49,254 bases of DNA, from positions 16,749 through 66,002 of the forward strand of contig NMRA01000865.1 of the NCBI GenBank assembly GCA_002633005.1, in the 5' to 3' direction. Within the stretch, counting starts at the first letter, position 1; each line of letters opens with the position of its first letter. Positions 1 to 11,560 of this stretch are shown piece after piece. Under the pieces are notes generated by a model. The model saw nothing but the letters and a program-made list of their open reading frames with translations, did not search any database and was not told where the DNA came from. Source of the DNA: Phoronis australis. Its lineage: Eukaryota > Animalia > Phoronida. A program made the translations under genes and the position numbers.

Positions 1-304
1 TGTCAAGTGAATATTGGAACTTGTTTATCTTACTCCTCATACTTTTTATTTAAAAATCATCAATTTTGTTATATGTGTTAACACCAGTTTAGTGTTGCAG
101 AACTTTTCAATTCAATAGGACTGCAGACAAACAGTTGGCTCAAATCAAGTTGCCCATGACTTGATTAATGGCTTAGTGAACATATTGCACTCTGTTCACT
201 GGCAATATGGGCTTTTTGTTTTGGGATAAGTTAGAATATATGCCAGTTGCATTTTTTTTTTGAGCTTTGGCAGCTGAAGTAACCAACCTGTCAACATTAA
301 CAGG

Positions 305-449
305 TCAAAAAATACCACCCATTTTTAATGCATCACTTCTTACAGGAACGACCACCCATAATTTGAGTTTTTTTCTGAAGACCACCACCCATGAATTTTT
401 ATTTCTACTGCCGTCCCCCCCTCCCACATGGATTTTACTGGAACAGCCC
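305..449. mobile_element. End fragment of the same Harbinger-type MITE family
   Basis: Ends gattttactggaacagccc followed by TAA; carries accaccc repeats. Confidence 0.75.
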
Positions 450-694
450 TAAATAAAAGTATTATTTTCTGATAGTAGAAGGTTTGTGGAATTTGATTTT
501 TGACTTAATAATACCAGTCTGCCATTTTAAAATATTAAAATTGAAATTGTCTTTTAAGTAATATTGAACAAAAAGGAAAGTACATCCTTAGCAAAACAAT
601 GTTTATCAGATAAAAGAAGGCCTGTTTTTGATAGCCCTCAATTTTGTGAAAGTGGAAAATGTTAGAACAATGCACTAAAAGCATAATTATCTAT

Positions 695-1136
695 CCCGGT
701 TGCATGATACAGTCCCAAATAGGGACTCAACTAAGTTCCCTAAATCTGCTACTAGTACATATTTGTGGGCTTTTGAAAACACTGATTGTCCTTTCTTATG
801 CTGTTTGAGTATCATTACTCAGCAAATTTTGGCTTTGATACAAATCGAGAGTGAACTCCACATTGAATTCTTGATATTATTGATTATAAGTACTGGAATC
901 TTTTCATGCAAAGCCCCAAATTTAAGAACTAAGTTCTTAATTATTTTGACTGAATTAAGGGCTCCATTTTTAGTTATATTGTTAGAAAATGTCATTGGTT
1001 AAAGAGGAGCTTATAATAAAGATGAAATTATAAAAATATTATTATATCTGTCAGTGAATTACGAAACAAATATGCAAAAGATTTAGTGAATTTATTTGAG
1101 TCCCTGTTTGGGACTGTTTTATACAATTGGGCACTG
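695..1136. mobile_element. MITE with about 35-bp terminal inverted repeats
   Basis: cccggttgcatgatacagtcccaaatagggactcaa ... ttgagtccctgtttgggactgttttatacaattggg; related copies at 20606 and 43445. Confidence 0.8.
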
Positions 1137-1294
1137 CTGAAAATTTCATCCTATCAGTTGTTACGAAGTTTAATAGCCAAATGTTGTCTTACATGTAACC
1201 TTTAATACAGATTTTACGTTGATATAGTAATGCCTTTGATGCAAGTTTTACTACATTCATTTATGCAAGGTCTTTTTATTGACATTTTTTTTAG

Positions 1295-1501
1295 AAGTCA
1301 CTGATGTTTCCACCAATTTGATCAGAAATCCAAATTTCGAGGTGACAGAAAATCACGTGCCAGTATTTTGGGAGCCATTCGGTAATGTGAAGTTCAAGGC
1401 AGGAGTGTTGCTTCACAATGGAACGGCATCTTGTCAAACATACCAACGACACGCACTGTGGAGTGGAGTGGGACAAAATCTCTTGTATGAAGTTAAATTA
1501 G
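1295..1501 (+). CDS. CBM-TIR gene exon a (CBM N-terminal part, xVTDVSTNLIRNPNFE...LLYEVKL)
   Basis: Polypyrimidine tract tttttttag, with a NAGNAG alternative start at 1298; donor G|GTAAAC at 1502; phase 1-1. Confidence 0.85.
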
Positions 1502-4500
1502 GTAAACGGTGTTGTATATAATGTGGTAGGAACTTGTTAAATATGTATTGTCAGCGGTCTGTATGGGGTAGAGATAATATCTCTGGTTTGAAGTTAAATT
1601 TGTGTAAATAATGTTGGATAAAAAATTGGTTTTAACTTGTCATACACATTCAACAAAATACTGTGGGGAACAGAGTGGGACAGGATCTCTGAAGTTATAT
1701 TTCACAAAACTTTGTCTGATGGTAGCTTTGGTTTGGAACTTAAGAATGATAAAGCGTTATTTGGTGCTAGTTATCTTTTATGAAGAATGCACCATATTGT
1801 CCTAAATTAGTGGAATGTTGCGATAAATGCTACAGTTAACTGCAGAATGATTCGTGATTGGTATTGGGTGTTCTGATTTTTATTACTGTGCAGTATCATT
1901 GTGCAATATAACTGAGCAGTATTATTGTGCAGTATTATTTTGCAGTATTAACTGCTGTATTTCTGTGCAATAATAACTGTGCAGTGTTGATGTGCAACAT
2001 TACTGTGCAGTATTAGTGTACAGTATTGCTGTACAGTTAACAACTGTCCAGGACTTTTTCATTGACAATAAAAAATCCAGAGATAGTCAATAAACTGAAC
2101 ACAACAAAACGGGCTTGTTCAAGTGTGAACTTCCTTCAAATTCCGACGTGGTTATATAGTTGACTGTAGGCATTGACCTAGATAGGTATGGAAGTCCTGC
2201 CAGGGTACTGTCCTCAATACAGTGTTTGATCCTTGATCTACTGTACCTTGACAATGAAAAAACAAAACTCAGTACATATACAAAATGAAATCACCATGGA
2301 ATACAGGTACCATATATCAGTGCTCTCTCAGTAATCAATACTGTACTGTGATGATTTTGATTACATATGCTCCCAGTGACTGAATTTAGTTCATTTCATT
2401 TTTAGTGTTTGCTTTCAGGTGTAAATAAGTTGACTATTTATAAGCACTACCTATACAAAACACCTTTATATGACTCTCTAGAGATGACAAGAAGATACCC
2501 ATACCAAGCTTGGTTGTAATTAAAACCATGATTTAAACTATGTGGCTGTGAAATAGCATATTCATTTTTTCTTCAATTTCCAAAAGTATGATTTTGTATG
2601 AGATGTTAAAATTAATGCTTGAAGTATGTAATGTGAACACACAAAATCAAGTTTGTCACTCCTAGTAACCTTCATGGATTTCCCAACAAAAGACTGTTTT
2701 CTTAATTGAAGACCTTAAACAAGATAATGTTGACTTAGAAAACATGAAGTGTTTACCTGAAACTGCCTTCTTTTCATAGGCATACCTTCAGTAAGGGCTG
2801 TTCCAGTAAAATCTGTATGGGAGGGGGGGAAGGCACCTTTTTTGCACCCACCACCCATATTTTTCATTTATTTCTTCAGCCTACCACCCGTAATTTTTTA
2901 TAAGTTTGAAATGCAAACACCCGTAATTTTTTTTTTGTTCTTGTGGTTGACTGCACAGGTGCTTGAGTTTATCTGTTCCTCCATCACCACTAACGTCATT
3001 CATTACTAAGAAAACATACGTTTCTTATATATGGTTATTAGCCATCAAGAAATTCGAGCACCTGTGGTTAACTGGTGTTATGGGCATGCCGATGAGGAGA
3101 TCGGATAGAATGAAAAAGTCAGAGCTTTTTGCAAGTTGCATTTTTGTTTCAGTTTTTGGTTCTGTGCGGATTGTTTATAAAATTTACTAAAATTACCCAC
3201 CATCAAACATTTATGGCCCAATGAAACAACAACGACCTGTAAATTTTTATTTTTTGAAGTACGACCACCAGCCATTTTGAATTTAAATCAAACGCAACCA
3301 CCCATAAATTTTTATTTCAGTTGCCTTCCCCACCTCCCACACAGATTTTGCTGGAACAGCCCTAAAATGTATTAGCTGTTCTGCCAGTGTTAATTTTCCA
3401 ATAATTCAGCATTGACAATCAGATCAGTTTGTGCACTGACTTTTCACTACCTGCGACTCCAGATTTATCATTTATTTCAAAACCAATTGATTTAACATCA
3501 AGTCAACATTCTTGACTTGGAGGACCTTAAGTTTGAAATAACGAAGACATCACATTTACCTCACCTTTGAACTGTTATTTGTTCATTTAGTCTGAAAGGT
3601 TTGATAGCTTTATGGTGTGCTGGTGAATAAAATGATGTCAAACCTATAAGAAACACTCCATTATTTATAATAAAGCTATTGGTATTACTATGATTTCTGT
3701 TGTTACTATTTTCAAAATCATTATTATTTGTAGCGTTAATACTCCTACTGCCACTGCTACTCCTTTTAGTGTTATTGTTGTTGTTGTTGTTGTTGTTTTC
3801 TTATTATGTTTGTGGGATATTTTGCATCGGAATATTTGTTGCGATGTATTCAAAGTAACTTGAATAAATAGTTTTTCTTAATTACTTTAGGTTGTTTCCC
3901 TCAAACTTGACATGTGGCTCCTATCTCTGTCTTCCTACAGGTCACCGGTACAAGTTTTCTGCAGTGGTACGCCTAACAGATGATAATGAGTCATCTGAGA
4001 AACATCGCATATGCTGTACATTGAAGTTAAAATTGCAGAACGAAAAAGACGAGCGATACCAATTATTTGCACTTGTAGAGTAAGTAAGATTGAAATTCCA
4101 CTATGTTCTTAAATCCCTCAAGAGATGTAGATGGTGCTGACTGTTGTCCACCAAATATTCTATTACAAATCCTTTTCATTATGTCACCGTTATACTGAGA
4201 AACAGCCAATTGGAATGGTATCTTTAAGGAAGAGAAGTGTTTTGTTTGTTTTAAAAACTTGATGATGATAGACTTTTTAAAGTCAGGTTACTTGGAACAA
4301 AGTTTCCCCATTTTGATAATTATTGTAATTACTTTTCTAACACATTTGCTAACCAGACGTAGTAAAGGTCGTGAACTGTTACTCAACCTTTTAACCTCAT
4401 CAACAGCAATGTAACTTCTGCTGATTGGTCGGAACTCAAAGGTCAACTGAACATGCCCTTGGGAGCAGACGGCTCACTCCTGGAAACTGCCTTCATATAC

Positions 4501-7500
4501 TTTGATGGTCCTCCACATGATGTCAACTTTGTCATTGCTTCTGTCTGCCTTCATGATGTGACTCCACCTGGTGTCAGACAGCGGTGTAAGTATACTGTTA
4601 AAGCCTATCTTGAACCAGAACACCTGTAAATTTAGTTTGTACAGAATGTTAAAAGCATTGCTTTGGGTCTACTATAGTGCCATAAATTGCAAAATGTAAC
4701 GAAATGTTAGGCATATTGGCTTGCTTTTGTCTACGTCACCTCGAGAACCACCTTTTAATTCAAACAGCTGCGAATAACAGTGGTGTTCTATTCAGACCCC
4801 TATTCGATACAACTGTTATAGGCCTTTTGCTGTTTGTGCTGGGATCTTGCAGTGACACAACATGGCACCTAAAGGCAGCTTCACTTATCATTTGCGGGCT
4901 TACATTTGTGCGATTGAACTTGCGTTTTCTTATTATACTAAGGCTTTTCTAGGACTATCTGGTTAGTCCAATATATCTAAAATAACAGAATTTCATTGAC
5001 GTTAGGTTTTAACTGATCAGTAAGAATTTGGCTACATCTGAATCACTTTTTAGTCATTCATGAAGTGTGGTTTTACGTCAAAACCGAGGCATCGTGGGTT
5101 TGCATGTTGTAACAGTCATATTTTCATGGCTTAAATGACAGTAATGTGGATGGCTCTTAAAGTGGTTCGGTGCCCTCAATCAGTGTGCTCTCAAGAGACA
5201 AGCGGTGAGATACGTGAGTCATTCTAAGAGCATCATCAGGTACCATTACATGCAGTTATGTCAACGATTGCCAGGATAAATCTATGCTCCCACAGAAATT
5301 ATGTTCGCAAACTGTTCTACCAGTATTTTACGACCAGGCCACATGGAAATGAAAATAGCGCATGGGTTGTGCTTTCTGTTTTTTTACAATCCAGCTTCAT
5401 ATTGGCCTTATAGCTTTGATAAAATCTGATTCAGAAGTGGTAGTTTACAAATACTACTTTGACATACTCTTAAACTTCATTCCATACAATCAAGACCTAC
5501 TCTGTCTATTTCAGAGGTTATCTTTGTGTAGTGATCTCTGCATTCAGACTGCCCAACTTACAGGCCTACATGCACCTTCATATAATCCTACAGACCAGCA
5601 TTGTAAAAAAATACAGATTTTCAGATACGGTGGTGCTGTTTATGCTAACTTTTTCCTATCCTTTTGTTGTAGTGGAGGCGAACGAAATAATGAGAAAAAA
5701 CACTACGAAGTCGTGCACAGATACTTTGAAGCCTGCTGAGTCATACCCAGTTGTCTATTTGTCGTACCACCAGTCAGCACAGAACAGGGTAAGCTCGAGA
5801 TGTGACTGGTGCAATTGTTTTAAAGATTTTGAGCTATTATCACTTATGCCGTTTTGCAATATAGACATCTACTTTATGCCTAAATTCAAAACGTGCAGAG
5901 AACAAGTGAATGATTTATGCAGATGCACACAGATTGCCTTGGACTCAAAAATTGGATGTTGTGTTCAAATTCAGAAGCGAATGTCAAAAGTTTTTGGACT
6001 GACAAAACGACCCACAATTCCCCATCATGACAGTTCGAAGAGAGTTGAGTTCCTTGTCAGAGTAGTCTCCCATGATGACCGAGAATGAAGGGGAATTAAA
6101 GGGAAAGTTAGTAAGGTGACTAAACTATTCTGCAATTAGAATTTTGCTGCGGCTAGTGGTCATAACTAGTCATTTTTGTGGTTTAAGGAACTGGCCACTT
6201 TGACGGGAAACTGGTCTGATTACTTTCATTGTGAGGAAACGGTGTGGCTCAGTGGTTAGACCTCTGAACTCCCGCATGGGAGACCTGGGTTCAAATCCTG
6301 GCTTCACTCGTCTGGCTGACATTCGAGCATTGCACAAAGATGTCTCCTGTTCCTCTGAGCTCGGTCTTGCTTGTGAATGTGTTCAAGGGAGTGAATGAGA
6401 ACCTGGATATAATGCGAATGGGATTTCCGGGGCTGTGCTCATATTTATGTTCATCTGTCATGTACTGTAAGTTGAGGTTAGATGTTTGAAAGCAGTTTTC
6501 TTTGCCAGTGGCATTGTTGATACCATAAACTTGTGAAGGATAAACCCCAGATACAATTGATAAGTACAGTAATCTGGTTGTGTTGACCAGGTGGAGGAAA
6601 TGAAAAAGCGACTGGTTCATGCTGGAGTGAGAGTGATAGATGTCCATCGTACACGGAGTGGACAAGACCTGACAAGTGCCATTGGAGATGGGATAGAAAA
6701 GGCCAAGGTGAGGATCAAGTTGTAAAGAAATATTGTGCACAATATTTGATTATTAGTTTTGTTGCTGAAACTGTTTAATTTCAGTATCAGTTTTAGGTCA
6801 GTAGAGCCCCTCCGTGGTTACTTTCAAATTCGTATCTGGGATTCTGATACACAAGTCCTGTGAGTTTACTGAATTACAAAACAATATTTTAAAGTTGTTT
6901 TGTTTCTTTTAAAAATGTTTCTGTTCCCAAACGTTAGCATAAGTGTGATGCCTTTAAAAAGTTAGAAATACCTGTCCATTATGACATAAATATGCTGGCT
7001 GCAATAAACTTCATTTGACAACTTTGAGTGAATGTTTTTGTTGTTGCATTGTATGCTTGAATTTCATTAAGAAGTTGTTTTTAATGTCCATTATTTTGTG
7101 AAAAGTTACAGACTTTAGGTGCATCCATCAGCAACCAGGGTTAACACAAGTTTTGTTCTTCAAGTTTTGATTATTCTACCAGTTTATTTAACAACTTAAG
7201 AAGGAATCTATATTTTGTCTTTTGTCCTATTTTGCTATTTTTCATTTTTTTTATTTGAAAAAATGTAATACTGGCTTTACATTTTCCAATCATATTTCCG
7301 AAATAACCATTTTAGGTCGTTATCAGTTGTGTAACAGGGAAACATTGCACAGATGAGATTCACCAAGGGGAGATAACTCTTGCTCACCTGCAACAAGTGC
7401 CAATATGCCCAGTATTGCTGGAACCAATGTCATGGCCACCCAAGTGTTCAGTTATGAAGATTTACGAGAAACTGCGCTTCCTGGACTTTGCTACGCAACA

Positions 7501-7555
7501 CAGCATTACGCAAGAAATGCTAGAAAGGTTACTCGCTGGTATAAAAAGTGCATAG
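1295..7555 (+). CDS. 5'-incomplete multi-exon gene encoding a CBM4/9/22-like carbohydrate-binding module fused to a C-terminal TIR (TIR_2-like) domain; join(1295-1501,3941-4079,4407-4585,5673-5788,6591-6707,7316-7555)
   Basis: All five introns are GT-AG with matching phases (1,2,1,0,0). The 998 spliced nt are open to TAG at 7553-7555. CBM motifs: NLIRNPNFE, RHALWSG, GHRYKFSAVVRL, WSELKG, IYFDGP. TIR motifs: VYLSY, GQDLTSAIGDGIEKAKVVISCVT, EITLA, PICPVLLEPMSWPP, LRFLDF. Confidence 0.88.
1880..2040. repeat. Degenerate minisatellite with an approximately 13-bp unit (attactgtgcagt)
   Basis: Repeated ctgtgcag/tgtacag cores. Confidence 0.8.
2795..3362. mobile_element. PIF/Harbinger-type MITE in an intron
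   Basis: Terminal inverted repeats GGGCTGTTCCAGTAAAATCTGT...ACAGATTTTGCTGGAACAGCCC; TAA target-site duplication at 2792-2794 and 3363-3365; internal accaccc subterminal repeats. Confidence 0.88.
3774..3797. repeat. (TTG)n microsatellite
   Basis: Read directly. Confidence 0.9.
3941..4079 (+). CDS. CBM-TIR gene exon b (GHRYKFSAVVRL...YQLFALV)
   Basis: Acceptor tcttcctacag; donor GA|GTAAGT at 4080; phase 1-2. Confidence 0.87.
4407..4585 (+). CDS. CBM-TIR gene exon c (DNVTSADWSELKGQL...FIYFDGPPHDVNFVIASVCLHDVTPPGVRQR)
   Basis: Acceptor catcaacag; donor T|GTAAGT at 4586; phase 2-1; completes the CBM-like motif set. Not in the ORF track. Confidence 0.87.
5673..5788 (+). CDS. CBM-TIR gene exon d (linker plus TIR strand bA, PVVYLSYHQSAQNR)
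   Basis: Branch-point-like gctaac at 5644, acceptor ccttttgttgtag, donor AGG|GTAAGC at 5789; phase 1-0. Confidence 0.85.
6233..6440 (+). mobile_element. tRNA-derived SINE in an intron
   Basis: Pol III A box TGGCTCAGTGG at 6245 and B box GGTTCAAATCC at 6288; no complete cloverleaf; 3' boundary approximate. Confidence 0.65.
6591..6707 (+). CDS. CBM-TIR gene exon e (VEEMKKRLVHAGVRVIDVHRTRSGQDLTSAIGDGIEKAK)
   Basis: Acceptor gttgaccag; donor AAG|GTGAGG at 6708; 39 codons; matches the TIR aA-bB-BB loop-aB pattern. Confidence 0.88.
7316..7555 (+). CDS. CBM-TIR gene terminal exon f (VVISCVTGKHCTDEIHQGEITLA...LLAGIKSA*)
   Basis: Acceptor ccattttag; 79 codons plus TAG; TIR bC to aE with the WPP motif. 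Confidence 0.88.
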   Translation, partial: VVISCVTGKHCTDEIHQGEITLAHLQQVPICPVLLEPMSWPPKCSVMKIYEKLRFLDFATQHSITQEMLERLLAGIKSA

Positions 7556-10500
7556 ACCAGTGATGCATTCTGTAACACTACATCAGACACTCAGGCGACA
7601 CCTGTTGTGAGAAATTTCAGTTGTGGAACAGAAACTGTGAATTTTCTCCCATAATGCAACATTTCAGCCTTGTGGTTCAGTCACTTCAGTGGCGGCCATT
7701 TTGCTAGTCTATGTTTAGGTCTCAAGCTTACTTTGTAAAACACTCGTATGATTTTACATGATCTTTCTCTACGGAATGTTCCATAACATTCTGCCACTAG
7801 TAGAACATTCCTTGTGTAGAGGCTGATGTCGTAAAAAAATTATGAATAGGCTCAGAATGTGTGACATCACCTCAATGGGACGTCTTCCATCTTGGTTCTC
7901 ATTGTTATCATCGATTTGGTTAATACGGTATCCTGAATGGTTCACAAATGCTGTACCCAAGTTGAAAAATTCTTTCAGTAAAATCAAATTTTGCCTATTT
8001 TGCCTAAGCTGTTCGGAATTTTTGATTATTCGTTTAGTTCGGGTTTTATGCCAAATTAATTCGCAAAACACAAAGCATTTTTTAAAAAAAACAGTGGTAC
8101 GCAAAAACTAGGCATTTTAAAGCAAAATCAACAACGTTTTTGAGACATAATGTAAAGTTTTCATTTAAAAAGTTTTTAGTAAAATCGGCTGAGGAGTTAT
8201 TTTGCTATGAATGTAGTTTTCTTCCACATGAAAAATTGACTTGGGAAACATGGTTACATGACAATAATGAAGATGCAATAGTAAAAAGCATATTTTTATT
8301 ACCCTCTATCTTTCTCGTTTCAGAAAATATATACTTTTAATGATTGACAAAGCATAGTTTTTTTTTGATATTTGACTTTAAATTGAAGTCGTTTATTAAA
8401 GTCCTAGATAACTTCAATCTACGTCATTTTATAATAATAATAATGGGAGTGTGACATAATCACCGTCTTTCGTTTACCGTGGCTGCATTCCATAGAGCAA
8501 GTTACTTGCAAAAAAATTGTGTTCATACAAGAGCAGGCAGGACAATTCCAGTGAAACAGTGAGGAAGTGCAGAGGACGAGCATAGTGCGTGCCGATGAAG
8601 TGATTGGTTAGCGAGGTTAAAACGTAGCATTATGAAACAAAATTCACTGTTTTCATTCCATAAGTGAGGACGTCGGCACAAGTAACTTGTGAGTGTCTTG
8701 CATCTTTCAACATAGCCCAAAAGTTGTGGCACATTAATTTTGAAGGCATGGTGGGTCTCCTCTTTATACTGGGTGATGTAGAACACGCTTTTGAGTGAAC
8801 AAGTTATATGAAATTGCTTCCAAATATTTTAGTTGGAATGTTGGTCCATAAAGGTTCAGTGTACACTTGGCGTTGCTTTGCAAGAGCATTATGTTTCGTT
8901 AATGCGTTAGATTTAATCTGATTGTAACTGCTAATGTGCTCTATATTCTGTTATTATCGTTGATGATTTATGGGTAAACAGGGATTTTTTCTTGTACTAT
9001 TTTTAATAACATTTATAGGAGATGTGATTTTGGTGCCACTGTCTTGCTTTTCTGGCATATTGTTGCTTTTGTGTCCCAAAAATGTATTTTTGTGATTATT
9101 GTTGGATGGGTTAGACTTTTCAAAGTTATTACATTTGACCAGAGCTGTAAAACAACATACTGTATAGTGTTTTTGTGATTTTGTTACAAGTTGTCAGTTA
9201 TCGTGGTGATTTGCCAGACATTTGCTGAAATCAATGTCAGTGTCTTTACTATTTAAATAGGCTTAAAGTACTATGAACATGTGGGATTTGACCGTAGAGT
9301 GTTCAGCTGCTGCTGCTGCTTTAGTGGGTTCGATTCCGCGCCACTTCTAATTACTGTAAAGTTTACGTTTCTTGCTGAGAATGTGCCTTTAAGTGGTCAG
9401 TTATTTGGCACTGACAGGCATACTTGCACACACCGCTGCATGCATACTATATAATGCTGTGTAAAGGAACTGGGACTCCTGTTATCAAAGTTTTAGCTAA
9501 GACGTCGAAGTGTTTTATGAAAGTAACTTATGACTTTAGACTGAATACTGGTCCTTAAAATTACCACTTCACAACTGCTGACGTCTTGTTTCAGTATAAC
9601 AAGGAAACAAAAAGTTGTTGTAAACTTGATCACATCTCTATAATCACACTTTACCAACCATTTTCATAAACCTGTTCCAATGAAGTGAGTGGCAGTGAAA
9701 GCCAAGGATTAAGACTGTTTATTAATGATTAAAAGGACCTTAAGTCGACAGACTATCAGTGCTGTCTTTGAGGTTTGAACCCTTGGTCACTTCGTTGGGA
9801 GGCACACGTTCTATTGCTAATTAAAAACTTCATTGTTTGCTGAAAAGGATCGCAATTGTTGTGGATGTTATATCTGGGTTTTACAAGAGTATCGGTGACA
9901 TTTTGCCCTTTTTGGGCACTTGCATATATTCATGTATATTTATATGTATTCTAATTGTATTATTTCTTTACTATTTTTAATTTGCTTTAGCATTTATTTT
10001 AATTTGAAAATTTACCAGGGTAGTCTATCTATTAAGCATTTAGCACTATTTATTAACGCACTGTGTTTCTACGCATTTTAATATACAAAAACAAGTAATA
10101 TACATGATTGTAATTCATTTCTTCCATATTTTGTAAAGTTTACTGGTTTTTGAGGCTGAGATTCCATTTTGGCTGTACTTTAAGAGGTATGTGTTTTAAT
10201 TTTTCTTGTCAGTAATATTTAAATGGCATTTCTTTAGGTAGTTGTAATTTTCTATATGCTATACCAAAATTTTGCAATTGTAATAAAATTTTGCAAATTT
10301 TGTATTGGTTCTTTAATTTATATGATTATGTTCACCCTACATATATTCAAACATGTTTTGAAATCTTGAGCTCTGAGCCATATTTATAATTTTGAGCCAT
10401 GTTTGACAAGCCTGGTCTGTTTTACCCAAAGACAAATGATTTCTACAGTGTTGTATAATGGCAGGCCTTATTATTTTTCAGTATGTCTGTGATAGTGACA

Positions 10501-11264
10501 TGCTCTGCAAGTGAAGTATTGTTTAACTGTAGTTGCTTCTAAGAAACGCAAAAATTGAATAATTCAATGCAAAAATTATTATTTTTGGATTTTTGTGATT
10601 TACTAGGGAGAACTCTGAATACTAGTATGGGGATTCTTCTGGCAAAAACATTGATTATTTTGTCATTTCCTATATTGCTTTAATGATATCGTTTCCATCA
10701 CATTTGCAGGCCTGGAGTTTTCTGCAGACTTGCCTATCCACAGCTATTACCAGTAGGGGTTTATAAGGAAACTTTTCGCAATTACGTCCAAAACACATAT
10801 TTGGGGAAAATATGCATGCCTCGAGCTGCAGAATGACACTGAACTTGAGTTCGCTCAAAAGTAGAACTCAAAAGTATCAAAAATATTTTAACGTTGGATT
10901 TCCAGAACAAAGATTAGACTCCAGCCCTGGAGAAGTATTTTCTACATTCCAGTGTCTGCTCAGCCGAGTTCGCCTATCTTCCACTGAGTTTAAAGACGCC
11001 CCACGTTTTTGAAGCCCTAGTTTATCATAGAGAACAAAGACTGGATTTGTGAAGAGGGCCCATGCGAGGACAAGTCGCCCACGGCAACTTTTGCCCAAAT
11101 GTCGCCAGCATGCGTTCTCAGCCACATCCTAAGTACACAACATCAAAGGCAATGGCCGAACAAATACACAACAAGCTGGATATTCTGCAAACACTTTCAT
11201 TACGCCATATAAAGAGACTCATCTGTGATCGCTTCCTACTCAATGTCAAACTTAAACAAGCCAA

Positions 11265-11560
11265 AACTTGGATTGATTCTGTTTTCAATTTAGAATAATG
11301 ATGTTTGGAAGGAAGCATTCTGAGACTGGTTTATACGCTGTAAGTAAAATCATTACTCTTAGCACGATCCGTTTCCACATAATTGTAAGTAGCGCTAAAG
11401 CCGGTATTTGGTTAAACATTTTCCGGGATTGTAAAATGTTTTATTTTTTTACTGACTTCAGTTTCAGGCAAGAAGATTAATCCTTGAATATTTGACATAT
11501 TCTTTTTCTGAAGGGTGGTCACAGAAAACCTGTTTTTCATGTTCGTGCACGTGGACCTTC
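11265..11560. mobile_element. Old dispersed repeat, likely a DNA transposon end; copies at about 21025-21320, 28150-28470 and 44260-44550
   Basis: Shared aagcattct.gactggtt...ttgtaaaatg...ttcatgtt.gtgca.gtggacctt; two copies per duplication unit. Confidence 0.6.

Noticed and set aside
5362-6088. 125-aa and 185-aa ORFs as standalone genes
   Set aside because: Only 5673-5788 is supported as an exon; the rest is intronic read-through.
6233-6310. tRNA gene
   Set aside because: A and B boxes are present but the acceptor and anticodon stems do not pair convincingly; treated as a SINE head.
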